Positions 28,842 to 38,289 of a stretch of 64,000 bases of DNA are shown here, one piece after another. The position numbers were made by a program, and so were the translations under genes. The DNA lies in the NCBI GenBank assembly GCA_963809485.1, contig CAWEJX010000020.1, positions 96,001 through 160,000 on the forward strand, in the 5' to 3' direction. This stretch comes from an uncultured Acidobacteriota bacterium. Its GTDB lineage: Bacteria > Acidobacteriota > UBA6911. The stretch's first letter is position 1; each line of letters begins with the position of its first letter. The notes under the pieces are model-generated. The model had not been told where the DNA came from, did no database searches, and was given only the letters and a program-made list of their open reading frames with translations.

Positions 28842-29327
28842 ATGGCGATTGCAGGAGCCGCAGGACCTCTGATGAACAGGGGCCTAGCCGCAGCATTTGC
28901 GATAATTGTGGTTCGTATCGGGCTGGAGTTGCTGGGGGCACCCGAATCGGTCAACAACATCTTCGGAGTCGCCTGGCTGTACTTCATCATGCCGGTCCTA
29001 TTCGCCCGGCGCATTGCAGCCCGCGCCGACGAACACCCGTTCCGGGCGCTATTCCAGAGTGTGTTTCTTTTCGCGCTCTACACACGCCTGATGGTTCTCT
29101 GCACGTATATGCTGGCCTATCTATTCCAGTGGCAGGCGCCGAGATTCAGCGCGCGAATGGGCGGCAATGTCGGCGGCAACACCGGACCCTTCATGGGGCT
29201 GGTGGTGATCCCCGTCCGGAATGCCGCTATGTGGATTTTATTTGCTACGGTGGCCGGCTTGATAATCGGCGGGATCACGTTGTGGCTGAAGAAGAGGCCC
29301 GCCGACGCCCAATCGCCGAAAGCATAA
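28842..29327 (+). CDS. Hypothetical membrane protein (about 4 TM)
   Basis: GAGGAGG RBS, four hydrophobic segments, fills the gap between element copies 2 and 3. Confidence 0.75.
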   Translation: MAIAGAAGPLMNRGLAAAFAIIVVRIGLELLGAPESVNNIFGVAWLYFIMPVLFARRIAARADEHPFRALFQSVFLFALYTRLMVLCTYMLAYLFQWQAPRFSARMGGNVGGNTGPFMGLVVIPVRNAAMWILFATVAGLIIGGITLWLKKRPADAQSPKA

Positions 29328-29337
29328 GCCTGGAGAT

Positions 29338-29594
29338 GTCAGGTACCTCCGGCAAAGCCGGAGGCTTGAAAGATTGGAACCGCTCAAAGCGGTTGGTCGA
29401 GTTACACCGGTCTTGAACGCCGACTTACGCGGGCAAAAGCCAATGAGGCGCCTCATCGGCTTTTGCTCGCCGACCCTCGCCGAACAAATCGACGTTTGTC
29501 AGCGCTTTTATCAGCGTTTCTCAGCGTTTCAAAATACGGAGCTGTCAGACTCTTTGAGTCCCCCTGCAGAGCCGGGGGGTTACCAATGTAATTA
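29338..29594 (-). mobile_element. Family A element, copy 3 (257 bp)
   Basis: Same ends. Centre collapsed to the palindrome GCGGGCAAAAGCCAATGAGGC-GCCTCATCGGCTTTTGCTCGC. Confidence 0.75.
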
Positions 29595-29599
29595 TTGTA

Positions 29600-29686
29600 A
29601 GTCAGGATGGGTATGGAAACCCGTCCGATCGGGCTTTCATCAATTATCCGACAGCGGATGGCTCGGGAGAGCCCGTCCTCGCCAAA
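29600..29686. repeat. Family B REP-doublet, degenerate copy
   Basis: AGGATGGGTATGGAAACCCGTCCGAT...GGATGGCTCGGGAGAGCCCGTCCTCGCC resembles 8676-8768. Confidence 0.55.
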
Positions 29687-29702
29687 ACGCCGCACAGCCG
29701 CT

Positions 29703-30446
29703 TTATTCCGTGATCGGGAAATCTTCTTCCACTACCGTGGCATAATTTTTGAATCCCCTGGCTATGAGAATGTCCATGTTCTTGAGCCTCATGCCGGTCT
29801 GGTTGATGCGTTCGTAGATTGCGCAGACGCCCTCGATGTCGTATCCCTCGAGGTTGATCATCGGAATGGAGTAGTTGGAAAACGCGTATTTCAGCTGCTC
29901 CAGATTCTTGTGGACGGCCGGGGTGTAGCCCCGCGCAGCGGTCAGCGGCCGGCAGTAATCGCCCGGCAGATCCGGAACATCTTTCAAACGGATCAGGAAA
30001 TCCGCGTTGGCATTCCACTTATGCCTGTAATAGTCCTTTTCAAAGAAAAAGACGGCCCGGGTTAAGTCGAAGTAGAGGGTGTAATCAAAGGAAAACTGTT
30101 CCTTGACCTGGCCTGCCCCGCCATAAAAAGACGCCAGGAGAGATGTCGCGCGCTGCTGCCCGTCGAGAATGTATGTCTGGATTTTGCGGTCCTTGCCGCC
30201 ATTCTCAGGTATATAAAAACCACCCAGTTTCCGGTGAACATACAGGCGGGTTCGCGTCTTCCAGCAGAGAATGCTGCCGATTGGATAGCACTGGTAAATG
30301 CTGTCCCAGAGACCGATGATATTTTCAGGGGTCCAGACAAATATGCGCTGAAATGTCGGGATCAAAAATTCTCCCGCGGCAAGCTGCCAGATGAATTCCG
30401 CAATATTCTGGCTATGAGTGCTGATTTTTCGACCGCGATAATCCAA
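29703..30446 (-). CDS. Stand-alone DUF262 (GmrS-like, ParB/Srx fold) protein
   Basis: IPTFQRIFVW, YPIGSIL, ILDGQQR, ERINQTG. TTG start after GGAGG. Confidence 0.85.
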   Translation of the reverse strand: MDYRGRKISTHSQNIAEFIWQLAAGEFLIPTFQRIFVWTPENIIGLWDSIYQCYPIGSILCWKTRTRLYVHRKLGGFYIPENGGKDRKIQTYILDGQQRATSLLASFYGGAGQVKEQFSFDYTLYFDLTRAVFFFEKDYYRHKWNANADFLIRLKDVPDLPGDYCRPLTAARGYTPAVHKNLEQLKYAFSNYSIPMINLEGYDIEGVCAIYERINQTGMRLKNMDILIARGFKNYATVVEEDFPITE

Positions 30447-30602
30447 AGCCTTCCTCCATTAAAGAACTTTAATTCTATCCGGCTCATGGATGAGAGGGCA
30501 AGGCCTGAATTCAGGCGCTCGCCCGGAAACCGATAACGATAGTTGCCATGCCCGCCGAAGGAAAAAGCTTTCCCGGGTACTGTATTTTATTCAGGGAGGC
30601 AG

Positions 30603-31427
30603 TCAGGGTTTGGATTTCTGCAGGGCGTGCCAGGTTTCCCGCTCCAGGAAACTATTCGCGACATTGCGCTCCATTTCCTGATAGAGGGGCCATGGCGCCG
30701 TAAACGAGAGCAGGTTTTCGCCAAGAGTAGCGCGAACGTTTTTGCGCGCCGAAATATCAATCATGCCAACCAGTCCGCGCGGGTGCTCCCGCTCGAGTTC
30801 GCGGTAGGCAAGAATGCCAAAAACCTGGCAACCGGCCCCCCAGGGAATGATCACGTTTTCCAGTTCCGGCCTTTCATGATGGGCGAGGGTTACAAGCGCC
30901 GAGAGGCTATCCGGGTCTACGAAAAAGGTGACGCTTTTGACATCGTTCTGCTCCGGATCTATTTGATCCAGCGGCCGGACGATTACGTATTTGGATGGGA
31001 TCTCACGAATGGGCAGATTTTCGACGAAGCGCCGTGCATCTTCAGGATTTTTGACATAGCGCTCTCCGAGGAGAAAGTCATCCGCCATGCGTCCAAAGCC
31101 CGAAGACTTCAATTGCTCACCTATCGGACGCCCTTGATCCGATGATTCATTGCCGGAGGAGAGGAATCGGCAAAAGCATTCCACGCTGCCGGGAAAGCTC
31201 TCATACTGATTGCCGAATCCCAGGCCAACTCCTCCGCCCCAGCAGCCATAGGTTTGACGGTCGAAGGCGCCCGCAATCCCTCGCGTTGCGGCTGCCGCAA
31301 AAAGGCTCACGACGCAGCCCCAATGCTGCGGCTTGAAGTGGACGGCGTTATCCGGCTCTTTATCTGCCCAAACCAGGGCAACCGGTTGTGTCCCGAGTTT
31401 AATCGATTCGGCCATCATGCTTTTCAT
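30603..31427 (-). CDS. DUF169 family protein
   Basis: WGCVV, YGCWGG, GERYVK, PWGAGC, VGMIDISAR. Confidence 0.75.
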   Translation of the reverse strand: MKSMMAESIKLGTQPVALVWADKEPDNAVHFKPQHWGCVVSLFAAAATRGIAGAFDRQTYGCWGGGVGLGFGNQYESFPGSVECFCRFLSSGNESSDQGRPIGEQLKSSGFGRMADDFLLGERYVKNPEDARRFVENLPIREIPSKYVIVRPLDQIDPEQNDVKSVTFFVDPDSLSALVTLAHHERPELENVIIPWGAGCQVFGILAYRELEREHPRGLVGMIDISARKNVRATLGENLLSFTAPWPLYQEMERNVANSFLERETWHALQKSKP

Positions 31428-31663
31428 GGTATCCCTCCAATGGTTTTCCCGGCCATCTGGATTTTGGCAGCAGTTCAATAGGAAACATCATACCAGTCGC
31501 GGGTTGCGGGCCGCAACTGGTGGTTACAGGCTGCAGGCTGAAATAATCGGCATAAATGCATAGAAACCCGGTGAAATGGACGATGTATAAAGAGATTCGG
31601 TCTCTCCAAATGGAAAGGCTGATCCACTGTTTTGGGACCTGAGGCTGGCCGTCGGAGACTCCG

Positions 31664-32470
31664 ATGCATTGTCCGAAATGCGGATTCCAGCAGGAGGACG
31701 GCCCCGAGTGTTTGCGCTGCGGGGTTGTCTTTGCTCGCCTTCATACGGCGGCAGTTTTGTCGTCCGCGAACGCCCCAAGGTCTGAAAGAATGCCGGATCA
31801 ATCAAAATCAGGACCTTTTCGCCGCATCTATCGCGTGTTTCGATGGGTCAGCCTGGCAGTGCTTATACTCATTTTTGTACTGATTCTTCGCACTTCACCG
31901 GCCCCCCGGATTGAAGTGACGCCGGATGCCGTTAAGCAGGCCGAAGCAAAGGTCCGGAAACTGCAAACCTCTGCCCGGCAGGGCGAAGAAGCGAGAGTTG
32001 AGCTGAACGAAGCAGAGCTGAATGGATGGCTGGAGGCAAATCTTGCGCTCAAAAGACCTGAGGGTTCGGCCCCCACTCCGCCCCAATCGCCGGAGGCAAT
32101 GATCTCGCTGGCAAAGAAGGCCCTGGCATCCGATTCAATAAACCGTCAGGAATTGGAACAGGCGCGGTCCTCAGTACGCGACGTTAAAATTCAATTGCAG
32201 GAAGACTCCCTGAGCCTATATGCGATATTTGACATGCATGGAAAGGATCTGTCTCTGGAGTTGGACGGCCGGCTGGTAGTCGAAAACGGGTACATGCGGC
32301 TGGAACCGACCGGCGGCAAATTGGGATCACTTCCGCTTAGCAATACCACCTTGCAGGCAGTGGTCAACCGTCTTTTCAATTCACCGGAGAACAAGGAGAA
32401 ATTCCGGTTGCCGCCATATATTCATGAAATTCAAATCCAACATGGCCAGATAGTCATTTCCTCCCGATAA
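31664..32470 (+). CDS. Zinc-ribbon membrane-anchored hypothetical protein
   Basis: MHCPKCG...ECLRCG, a single TM segment, then a soluble C-terminal domain. Confidence 0.75.
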   Translation: MHCPKCGFQQEDGPECLRCGVVFARLHTAAVLSSANAPRSERMPDQSKSGPFRRIYRVFRWVSLAVLILIFVLILRTSPAPRIEVTPDAVKQAEAKVRKLQTSARQGEEARVELNEAELNGWLEANLALKRPEGSAPTPPQSPEAMISLAKKALASDSINRQELEQARSSVRDVKIQLQEDSLSLYAIFDMHGKDLSLELDGRLVVENGYMRLEPTGGKLGSLPLSNTTLQAVVNRLFNSPENKEKFRLPPYIHEIQIQHGQIVISSR

Positions 32471-32519
32471 GCATTTCACCGCATCTGCCTCAAGAAGCCA
32501 ACGCTTTGGGCTGGAACAA

Positions 32520-32670
32520 CATCGGTAGCGTCTTATCGGCTCTTGCCCGCCCGCCGTTGCCTTATTGATCAGTGTTCGTCAGTGTTTTGTCAGCGTATGT
32601 CGGCGTTAAATGATCCTGGAACTGTCAAACTCCTTGAGTCCCACAGCTCTGTTGGAGGATTGCCAGTTTA
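32520..32670 (-). mobile_element. Degenerate partial family A element
   Basis: ATCGGTAGCGTCTTATCGGCTCTTGCCCGC and CTGTCAAACTCCTTGAGTCCC align with 22292-22435 of copy 1. Confidence 0.6.
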
Positions 32671-32853
32671 TTTTTTGGCTGAAGATCTCACCTCCCACTT
32701 GAAACCTACGACCTGCAACCTGTAACCTATAAAGTGTGGCCATATAGCTTGTCGCTCCAGGGTGTTAGGTCCCCTTATTGGATTGATAAAAATCGCGGGG
32801 CCTGATACAAGTAGAGCATTCAATTTGGCCAGAATTGTAAGGGAGATTCGTCC

Positions 32854-33624
32854 ATGGCTGGAGATAATCAAACCGAACCGAATAAGTCTAAAAACAAGAA
32901 GTTTTCAAGGCGCGATTTTGTAGTCGGCAGCGGAACCGTGCTTGCGGGTGGAGCGCTTACGGCCTATACGCCTGCGAATGCTATAGCCGAGCCTGCAGCG
33001 CCGCCTGCGGAAAAAAATCCATACTCGCCCTCAACAATGTACCTGGTTTATGACAGCAAGCATTGTGCCGGATGCTGGGGCTGCATGCTCGCATGCTCTA
33101 TGGTCCACGAGGGCGTAACAAGCTTGTCTCTGTCCCGCATTCAGGTGCACCGGGCAGTACTCGCCAAATATCCTCTCGACATTCAACAAAATGTCTGCCG
33201 GCAATGTCCCGATCCTCTTTGCGTGAGATATTGCCCGACCGGAGCGGCCCATGTCAGCGCCGAAAATGGCAACATCCGGATGATTGACGCCCAGAAGTGC
33301 ATTGGCTGCCAGACTTGCATAAAATCCTGTCCGCACATCCCGCATCGGCCCATATGGAATCCTGCCACAAAGAAAGCCACCAAATGCGACATGTGCGTCG
33401 ATACGCCTTACTACAACAAGAAAGGCGGCCCCGGCGGAACCCAAGCCTGCGTCGAGGCCTGTCCCGCAAGTGCTCTGAAGATTGTGAATGAACTCCCATC
33501 GCAAGCCGACATCAGTGGATACGACCGCAACCTGCAGCCGCCTCCAAAGCCCAAACCTGCGTTCGGAGCTCCTGGAGCTAAACCCAAAAACTCACCGCCG
33601 GCAGAAGCTGAGCCTAAACTCTAA
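32854..33624 (+). CDS. Tat-signal 4x[4Fe-4S] electron-transfer subunit (YdhY/DmsB-like)
   Basis: SRRDFV leader. CAGCWGCMLAC, CRQCPDPLC..YCP, CIGCQTCIKSCP, KCDMC...CVEACP. Pro-rich tail. Confidence 0.9.
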   Translation: MAGDNQTEPNKSKNKKFSRRDFVVGSGTVLAGGALTAYTPANAIAEPAAPPAEKNPYSPSTMYLVYDSKHCAGCWGCMLACSMVHEGVTSLSLSRIQVHRAVLAKYPLDIQQNVCRQCPDPLCVRYCPTGAAHVSAENGNIRMIDAQKCIGCQTCIKSCPHIPHRPIWNPATKKATKCDMCVDTPYYNKKGGPGGTQACVEACPASALKIVNELPSQADISGYDRNLQPPPKPKPAFGAPGAKPKNSPPAEAEPKL

Positions 33625-33638
33625 GGAAGGAGGATACT

Positions 33639-35696
33639 ATGGCAACGCCAGGATTTGCGGGAAAGATACTTTTGGTTAACCTGACATCCAAAGAAATCAG
33701 GGCTTTAGATAGTGAAAAATATGAAATGTACGGCGGTGGACATGGCACCTCCACGGCTCTCTTCTGGGAGTTTTGTGTAACTCCCGGCGAATGGGACCTT
33801 CAGGATGCCTTTGATCCCCGAAACATGGTTTGTCTGATGACGGGCGCGATATCCGGATCGGGAATACCGGCCGGCGCAAGGACAAGCGTTTCGGGATTGT
33901 CGCCGCAGTGCTATCCCATCCAGTGGTGGTGCCACAGCAATTTCGGCGGCGCGTTTTCCACCATGCTGAAAATGGCGGGATGGGATGGTGTGGCTGTTAT
34001 GGGCAAGGCGGACTCTCCTGTCTATATCAATATCATCGACGACAAGGTGACATTAGAAGATGCCAAGGCCTTGTGGGGCCTTAACACATGGGAGTGTCAG
34101 GAAGAGATCTGGAAGAGATCCGGTGTGCGCTTCGGCCAGGAGTGGCAGAAGCTTGACAACGGCTACACTCTGCAAAGGCCGGCTATCGTCACCACGGGGC
34201 CGGCGGGCGAAAATATGACAAGGGTTGCTTCGCTTCTTCATGGCGGCGGATCGGGCGCCGGACAGGGAGGATTCGGAGGCGTTTTCGGCTCCAAAAACCT
34301 TAAAGCCGTAGCCGTCGCAGGCACCGGAGGCATCAAGATAGCCGACCCGAAGGCTTTAAAGGACGCCCGGGAATGGTGGGACAAAACCTGGCCGCGAATG
34401 GGCGCCTTTGCCGGATTCGGACCTCCATCCATCGGGTCCTGCTGCGTAGGATGCGGCATCCCCCGGATGTGCCATAACCGGGACCGCGCGTACAGCCAGG
34501 ATTCCGACGATTGCGCAGAATCAACCTGGTACTCTCTCATTGATCACAAAGTCCCGACTGAGGTCAATCAGAAGGGAACCGATATCTGCCAGCAGCTGGC
34601 TCTGAATGCCATGGAAACCTGCTTTATGGGACCCATGTCCTTCGACACGTCCCACAATAAGGATTTCCCGATTCAGCCGAAAGTTCCCGCATATACCGCC
34701 CTGGGCTGGTATATGAAAAAGATGTATGACATGAAGGTCATCGGTCCGGGGACCAAATTCGACGTTTCTCCGCTCCCGATGGACGCCTACAAGAGCCCGG
34801 AATTCATGGAAATCTATGGAATTGCGCTTGCAAAGCGCGTGGGCATCGGCAATTTGCTGGCGGAAGGCACCGCCCGCTTCGCCGAAAAATTGGGAAGAAC
34901 GGACGATTTCAATACGCTTTGCCGGCTGACGATGTGGGGATACCAGGATCACTGGTCCATGCCTGGCGTCGAATGGGCTTACGGCAACCTGATGGATTCC
35001 CGCGACATCAACAACCATGACATGTCTCTGGGCACCAAGCGTGGCTGGACCTGCGAAAACTTTGTGAAGGTTCTTTCTGAAAGAACCACCAAGAATGATC
35101 CATTCTGGTTCGACTACAGCTGGGACAATGAACAGGCCTACAAAACCGGAATCTACTCCAAACACAAAGCCGAATGGGTTGCCTGGCACCAGCACTACTG
35201 GAACTACTACAAGGAATCTGTCGGTTACTGCGATTGGGGCTATTCCCAGCTCTTCAGCCAGTCCCACAAGGAAGGCAAAGGGCACACTCCCGAAGCCGAG
35301 CCGAAATTTCTCAATGCCATCACAGGAAGGAATCACACTTTCGAGGATGGCATGGAAATCGGCAGACGCTCCTGGAATTTAAAGAGGGCGATTTTCGTGA
35401 TACAGGGCAGGCACAGAAAAATGGAGAATTTCACGGGATACTATTACAGGCCCGGAGCCTCCTACTGCGGATTTGCCCCCGAATTACCCATATTCGACGG
35501 CTCCAAATGGGAATGGAAGAATTGCAAGGAGCTTTATTTCACAAGAGAAGGGGTCGATCAATGGAAGACCCACTTCTACAATGTCGAAGGCTGGGATGCC
35601 GATACCGGTTATCCCAAGCGGAAAACGCTTGAAGACCTGGGCATGAAGCATGTCGCGGATCTGCTTCAGTCCAAGAACAAACTGGGCGCAGCCTAG
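33639..35696 (+). CDS. Aldehyde:ferredoxin oxidoreductase family (W/Mo bis-pterin, YdhV-like), paralog 1
   Basis: GKILLVNLT, SNFGG, GPAGEN, GGVFGSKNLKA, CVGC....C, GWD..TGYP...LEDLG. Confidence 0.9.
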   Translation: MATPGFAGKILLVNLTSKEIRALDSEKYEMYGGGHGTSTALFWEFCVTPGEWDLQDAFDPRNMVCLMTGAISGSGIPAGARTSVSGLSPQCYPIQWWCHSNFGGAFSTMLKMAGWDGVAVMGKADSPVYINIIDDKVTLEDAKALWGLNTWECQEEIWKRSGVRFGQEWQKLDNGYTLQRPAIVTTGPAGENMTRVASLLHGGGSGAGQGGFGGVFGSKNLKAVAVAGTGGIKIADPKALKDAREWWDKTWPRMGAFAGFGPPSIGSCCVGCGIPRMCHNRDRAYSQDSDDCAESTWYSLIDHKVPTEVNQKGTDICQQLALNAMETCFMGPMSFDTSHNKDFPIQPKVPAYTALGWYMKKMYDMKVIGPGTKFDVSPLPMDAYKSPEFMEIYGIALAKRVGIGNLLAEGTARFAEKLGRTDDFNTLCRLTMWGYQDHWSMPGVEWAYGNLMDSRDINNHDMSLGTKRGWTCENFVKVLSERTTKNDPFWFDYSWDNEQAYKTGIYSKHKAEWVAWHQHYWNYYKESVGYCDWGYSQLFSQSHKEGKGHTPEAEPKFLNAITGRNHTFEDGMEIGRRSWNLKRAIFVIQGRHRKMENFTGYYYRPGASYCGFAPELPIFDGSKWEWKNCKELYFTREGVDQWKTHFYNVEGWDADTGYPKRKTLEDLGMKHVADLLQSKNKLGAA

Positions 35697-35882
35697 GTCA
35701 ATGACCGAAAAACGGCCACGGATTTCGCGAATCATCCCGCGCAGGTTCGTGGCTGTTTTTTTGTTCATCGGGCTCATGCGAGATTGCATTAAGCGGTATA
35801 TGTTGCTATAGATAAAGAGAAAAGCGAGCATCGGCGAAGGAAGCTTTGCCCATGGCTGGAGGCATGCCTATCCAAAGCAGCA

Positions 35883-36109
35883 GTCAGGTACCTCCGGAAA
35901 ACCCGGAGGCTTGAAAGATTTGAACCGCTCAAAGCGGTTGGAGAAGTTACGCCGGTCTTGAACGCTGACTTACGCGGGCAAAAGCCGACCCTCGCCGAAC
36001 AAATCGGCGTTTGTCAGCGCTTTTATCAGCGTTTCTCAGCGTTTCAAAATACAGAGCTGTCATACTCTTTGAGTCCCCCGGCAGAGCCGGGAGTTTACCA
36101 ATCTAATTA
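35883..36109 (-). mobile_element. Family A element, copy 4 (227 bp)
   Basis: Same ends and short core as copy 2. Lies between the two AOR genes. Confidence 0.75.
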
Positions 36110-36173
36110 CCCCCGCTTTCCCGGAGCTGAATTTGCAGCTCCGCCCGCAGAAAAGAAGGGATAGGAGATTCAC

Positions 36174-38249
36174 ATGGCGACGCCAGGATTTGCAGGCAAG
36201 ATTCTCAGGGTTAATCTGACAACCAGGGAAATTGGCTCCCTGGATTCCTCAAAATATGAAGCCTTCGGCGGAGGTCACGGGACTGCCACCGCCATCTTCT
36301 GGGATCTTTGCGTCGCACCGGGCGGGTGGGATCTTCAGGATGCCTTCGATCCGAGAAATATCGTCGCTTTGATGACCGGTCCTTTGGCGGGAACTGGTTT
36401 GGCCTTCGCCGGCAGGACCAGCGTTTCGGGCCTGGCTCCGCAGACGTGGCCGGTCTGTTGGTTCGGACACAGTAATTTCGGCGGCAGCTTTGCGCCCATG
36501 CTCAAGTTTGCCGGATGGGATGGCGTGGTTGTCGAAGGCAAAGCCGATCAGCCCGTCTACATCAATATCGTTAACGATAAAGTCACAATCGAGGATGCCC
36601 GGCCTCTTTGGGGGCTTAACGTTTGGGAAACCCAGGATGAGATCTGGAAGATGGAGAGCACGAAGGCTCCGGTTCGATACGGCTCCGAATGGCAGAAACT
36701 GGGTACCACCTACTCGACGCAAAGGCCGTCGATCGTCACCATCGGCCCCGCCGGAGAGAACAAATCGCGGATAGCTTCTTTGATTCATGCCGGCGGATCC
36801 GGGGCGGGCCAGGGCGGCTTTGGGGGCGTATTCGGCGCCAAAAACCTGAAGGCTGTCGCCGTAATCGGCACAGGCAGCATTAAAATCGCCGACCCCAAAG
36901 CTGTGAGGGATGCGCGGGAATGGTTTGAAGCCTCCTTTCCCATGAGCGGTCAGCGAGGTCCCGGACGCGACATCAAGCCTGGCGTCTCGGCTTGCCTGGG
37001 CTGCAACCGAGGCTGCCATTCCAGGAGCCAGATCCACGGATTCGATTCCGACCAATGCACGGAGATGATCTGGTATAGCCTTCCCTCCCCTCCCTTCAAA
37101 CGCACAACGAGGTCGGATTCATGGAGGGCGACAGATTTCGTGCAAAAATTGGGGCTGAACGCCTCCGATGTCACTTTCATGGGCGCCATGAACTTCCCGA
37201 GTCTCCCGGACACCGAAATCGGATCGCATTGTCCAGCAAATACCGGCGCGGGCTGGTACGTGAAGAGGCTGTATGACATGGGAGTCATTGGCCCGGGCAA
37301 ACCGGTGGATACCTACCCTTTGCCGATGGACCAATACGAAACCGTCGAATTCGCCGAAATTTTCGCGTTGGCGATCGCAAGGCGTATCGGCATCGGCGAT
37401 ATGCTGGCCGAGGGGACGGTCCGTTTTGCTGAAAAAATCGGCCGGATCAGCGATCTGAACAGTATCCTGCGTCTTCCCGCCTGGGGATACATGGATCACT
37501 GGACGATGCCGACGGTGGAATGGGCTTACGGCAACCTGGTGGATTCGCGCGATCAGAATAACCACGACATGCAGTTGGGACCTACAAAACTGATGTCCTG
37601 CGAGGAATATGTCAAGATGCTGGCATCGACCAGTCCCCCCTTCAGCGACGATCCCTTTATGTTCGACTACAGCTGGCAGGGTGATCAGGCATATAAGACC
37701 GGGATATATTCGGACCATAAGGCGAAATTCGTAGCCTGGCATCAGCACTATGCAACGTACTACAAGGAGTCTGTTCTGTTCTGTGACTGGGCCATGGGTA
37801 ACTATTTCAATCCGTCAAATCCGGATGGACGGGGTGCCACACCTGTGGCCGAACCCCGGTTCCTTAATGCCGTAACCGGCCGGGGCCAAACTTTCGAAGA
37901 CGGCCTGGAAATGGGCCGGCGGGCATGGAATCTGAAGCGGGCAATCTTTGTGCTGCAGGGCAGAACAAGGGAGATAGAAAAATTCGCCGGATACATGTAT
38001 AAGCGAGGGGCTTCCATGTCCGGGGTCGCAACGACCATTCCCGTATACGACGGCTCAAAATGGGATTGGGTGAACTGCAGGGAGCTCTACCTGGACGACA
38101 AAGGGGTCGAAAACTGGAAAACTGCCTTTTATAGGTTCGAGGGCTGGGATCCGCAAACCGGTTATCCCAGGCGTAAAACCCTGGAAGATCTGGGGCTGAA
38201 GCACGTCGCCGACGTCCTTCAGGCAAAAAACAAACTGGGATCTGCCTAA
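36174..38249 (+). CDS. Aldehyde:ferredoxin oxidoreductase family, paralog 2
   Basis: Starts MATPGFAGKIL like paralog 1 and is colinear along its length. CLGCNRGC. Confidence 0.9.
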   Translation: MATPGFAGKILRVNLTTREIGSLDSSKYEAFGGGHGTATAIFWDLCVAPGGWDLQDAFDPRNIVALMTGPLAGTGLAFAGRTSVSGLAPQTWPVCWFGHSNFGGSFAPMLKFAGWDGVVVEGKADQPVYINIVNDKVTIEDARPLWGLNVWETQDEIWKMESTKAPVRYGSEWQKLGTTYSTQRPSIVTIGPAGENKSRIASLIHAGGSGAGQGGFGGVFGAKNLKAVAVIGTGSIKIADPKAVRDAREWFEASFPMSGQRGPGRDIKPGVSACLGCNRGCHSRSQIHGFDSDQCTEMIWYSLPSPPFKRTTRSDSWRATDFVQKLGLNASDVTFMGAMNFPSLPDTEIGSHCPANTGAGWYVKRLYDMGVIGPGKPVDTYPLPMDQYETVEFAEIFALAIARRIGIGDMLAEGTVRFAEKIGRISDLNSILRLPAWGYMDHWTMPTVEWAYGNLVDSRDQNNHDMQLGPTKLMSCEEYVKMLASTSPPFSDDPFMFDYSWQGDQAYKTGIYSDHKAKFVAWHQHYATYYKESVLFCDWAMGNYFNPSNPDGRGATPVAEPRFLNAVTGRGQTFEDGLEMGRRAWNLKRAIFVLQGRTREIEKFAGYMYKRGASMSGVATTIPVYDGSKWDWVNCRELYLDDKGVENWKTAFYRFEGWDPQTGYPRRKTLEDLGLKHVADVLQAKNKLGSA

Positions 38250-38289
38250 AAGGCATCGCACGCGGTCATCCCTGAAAGTGGGCAAAAAA

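Noticed and set aside
22044-36109. Family A repeats as a CRISPR array or integron attC sites
   Set aside because: Units are 227-402 bp, dispersed, lack regular spacers and RYYYAAC/GTTRRRY ends, and no cas or intI gene is present.
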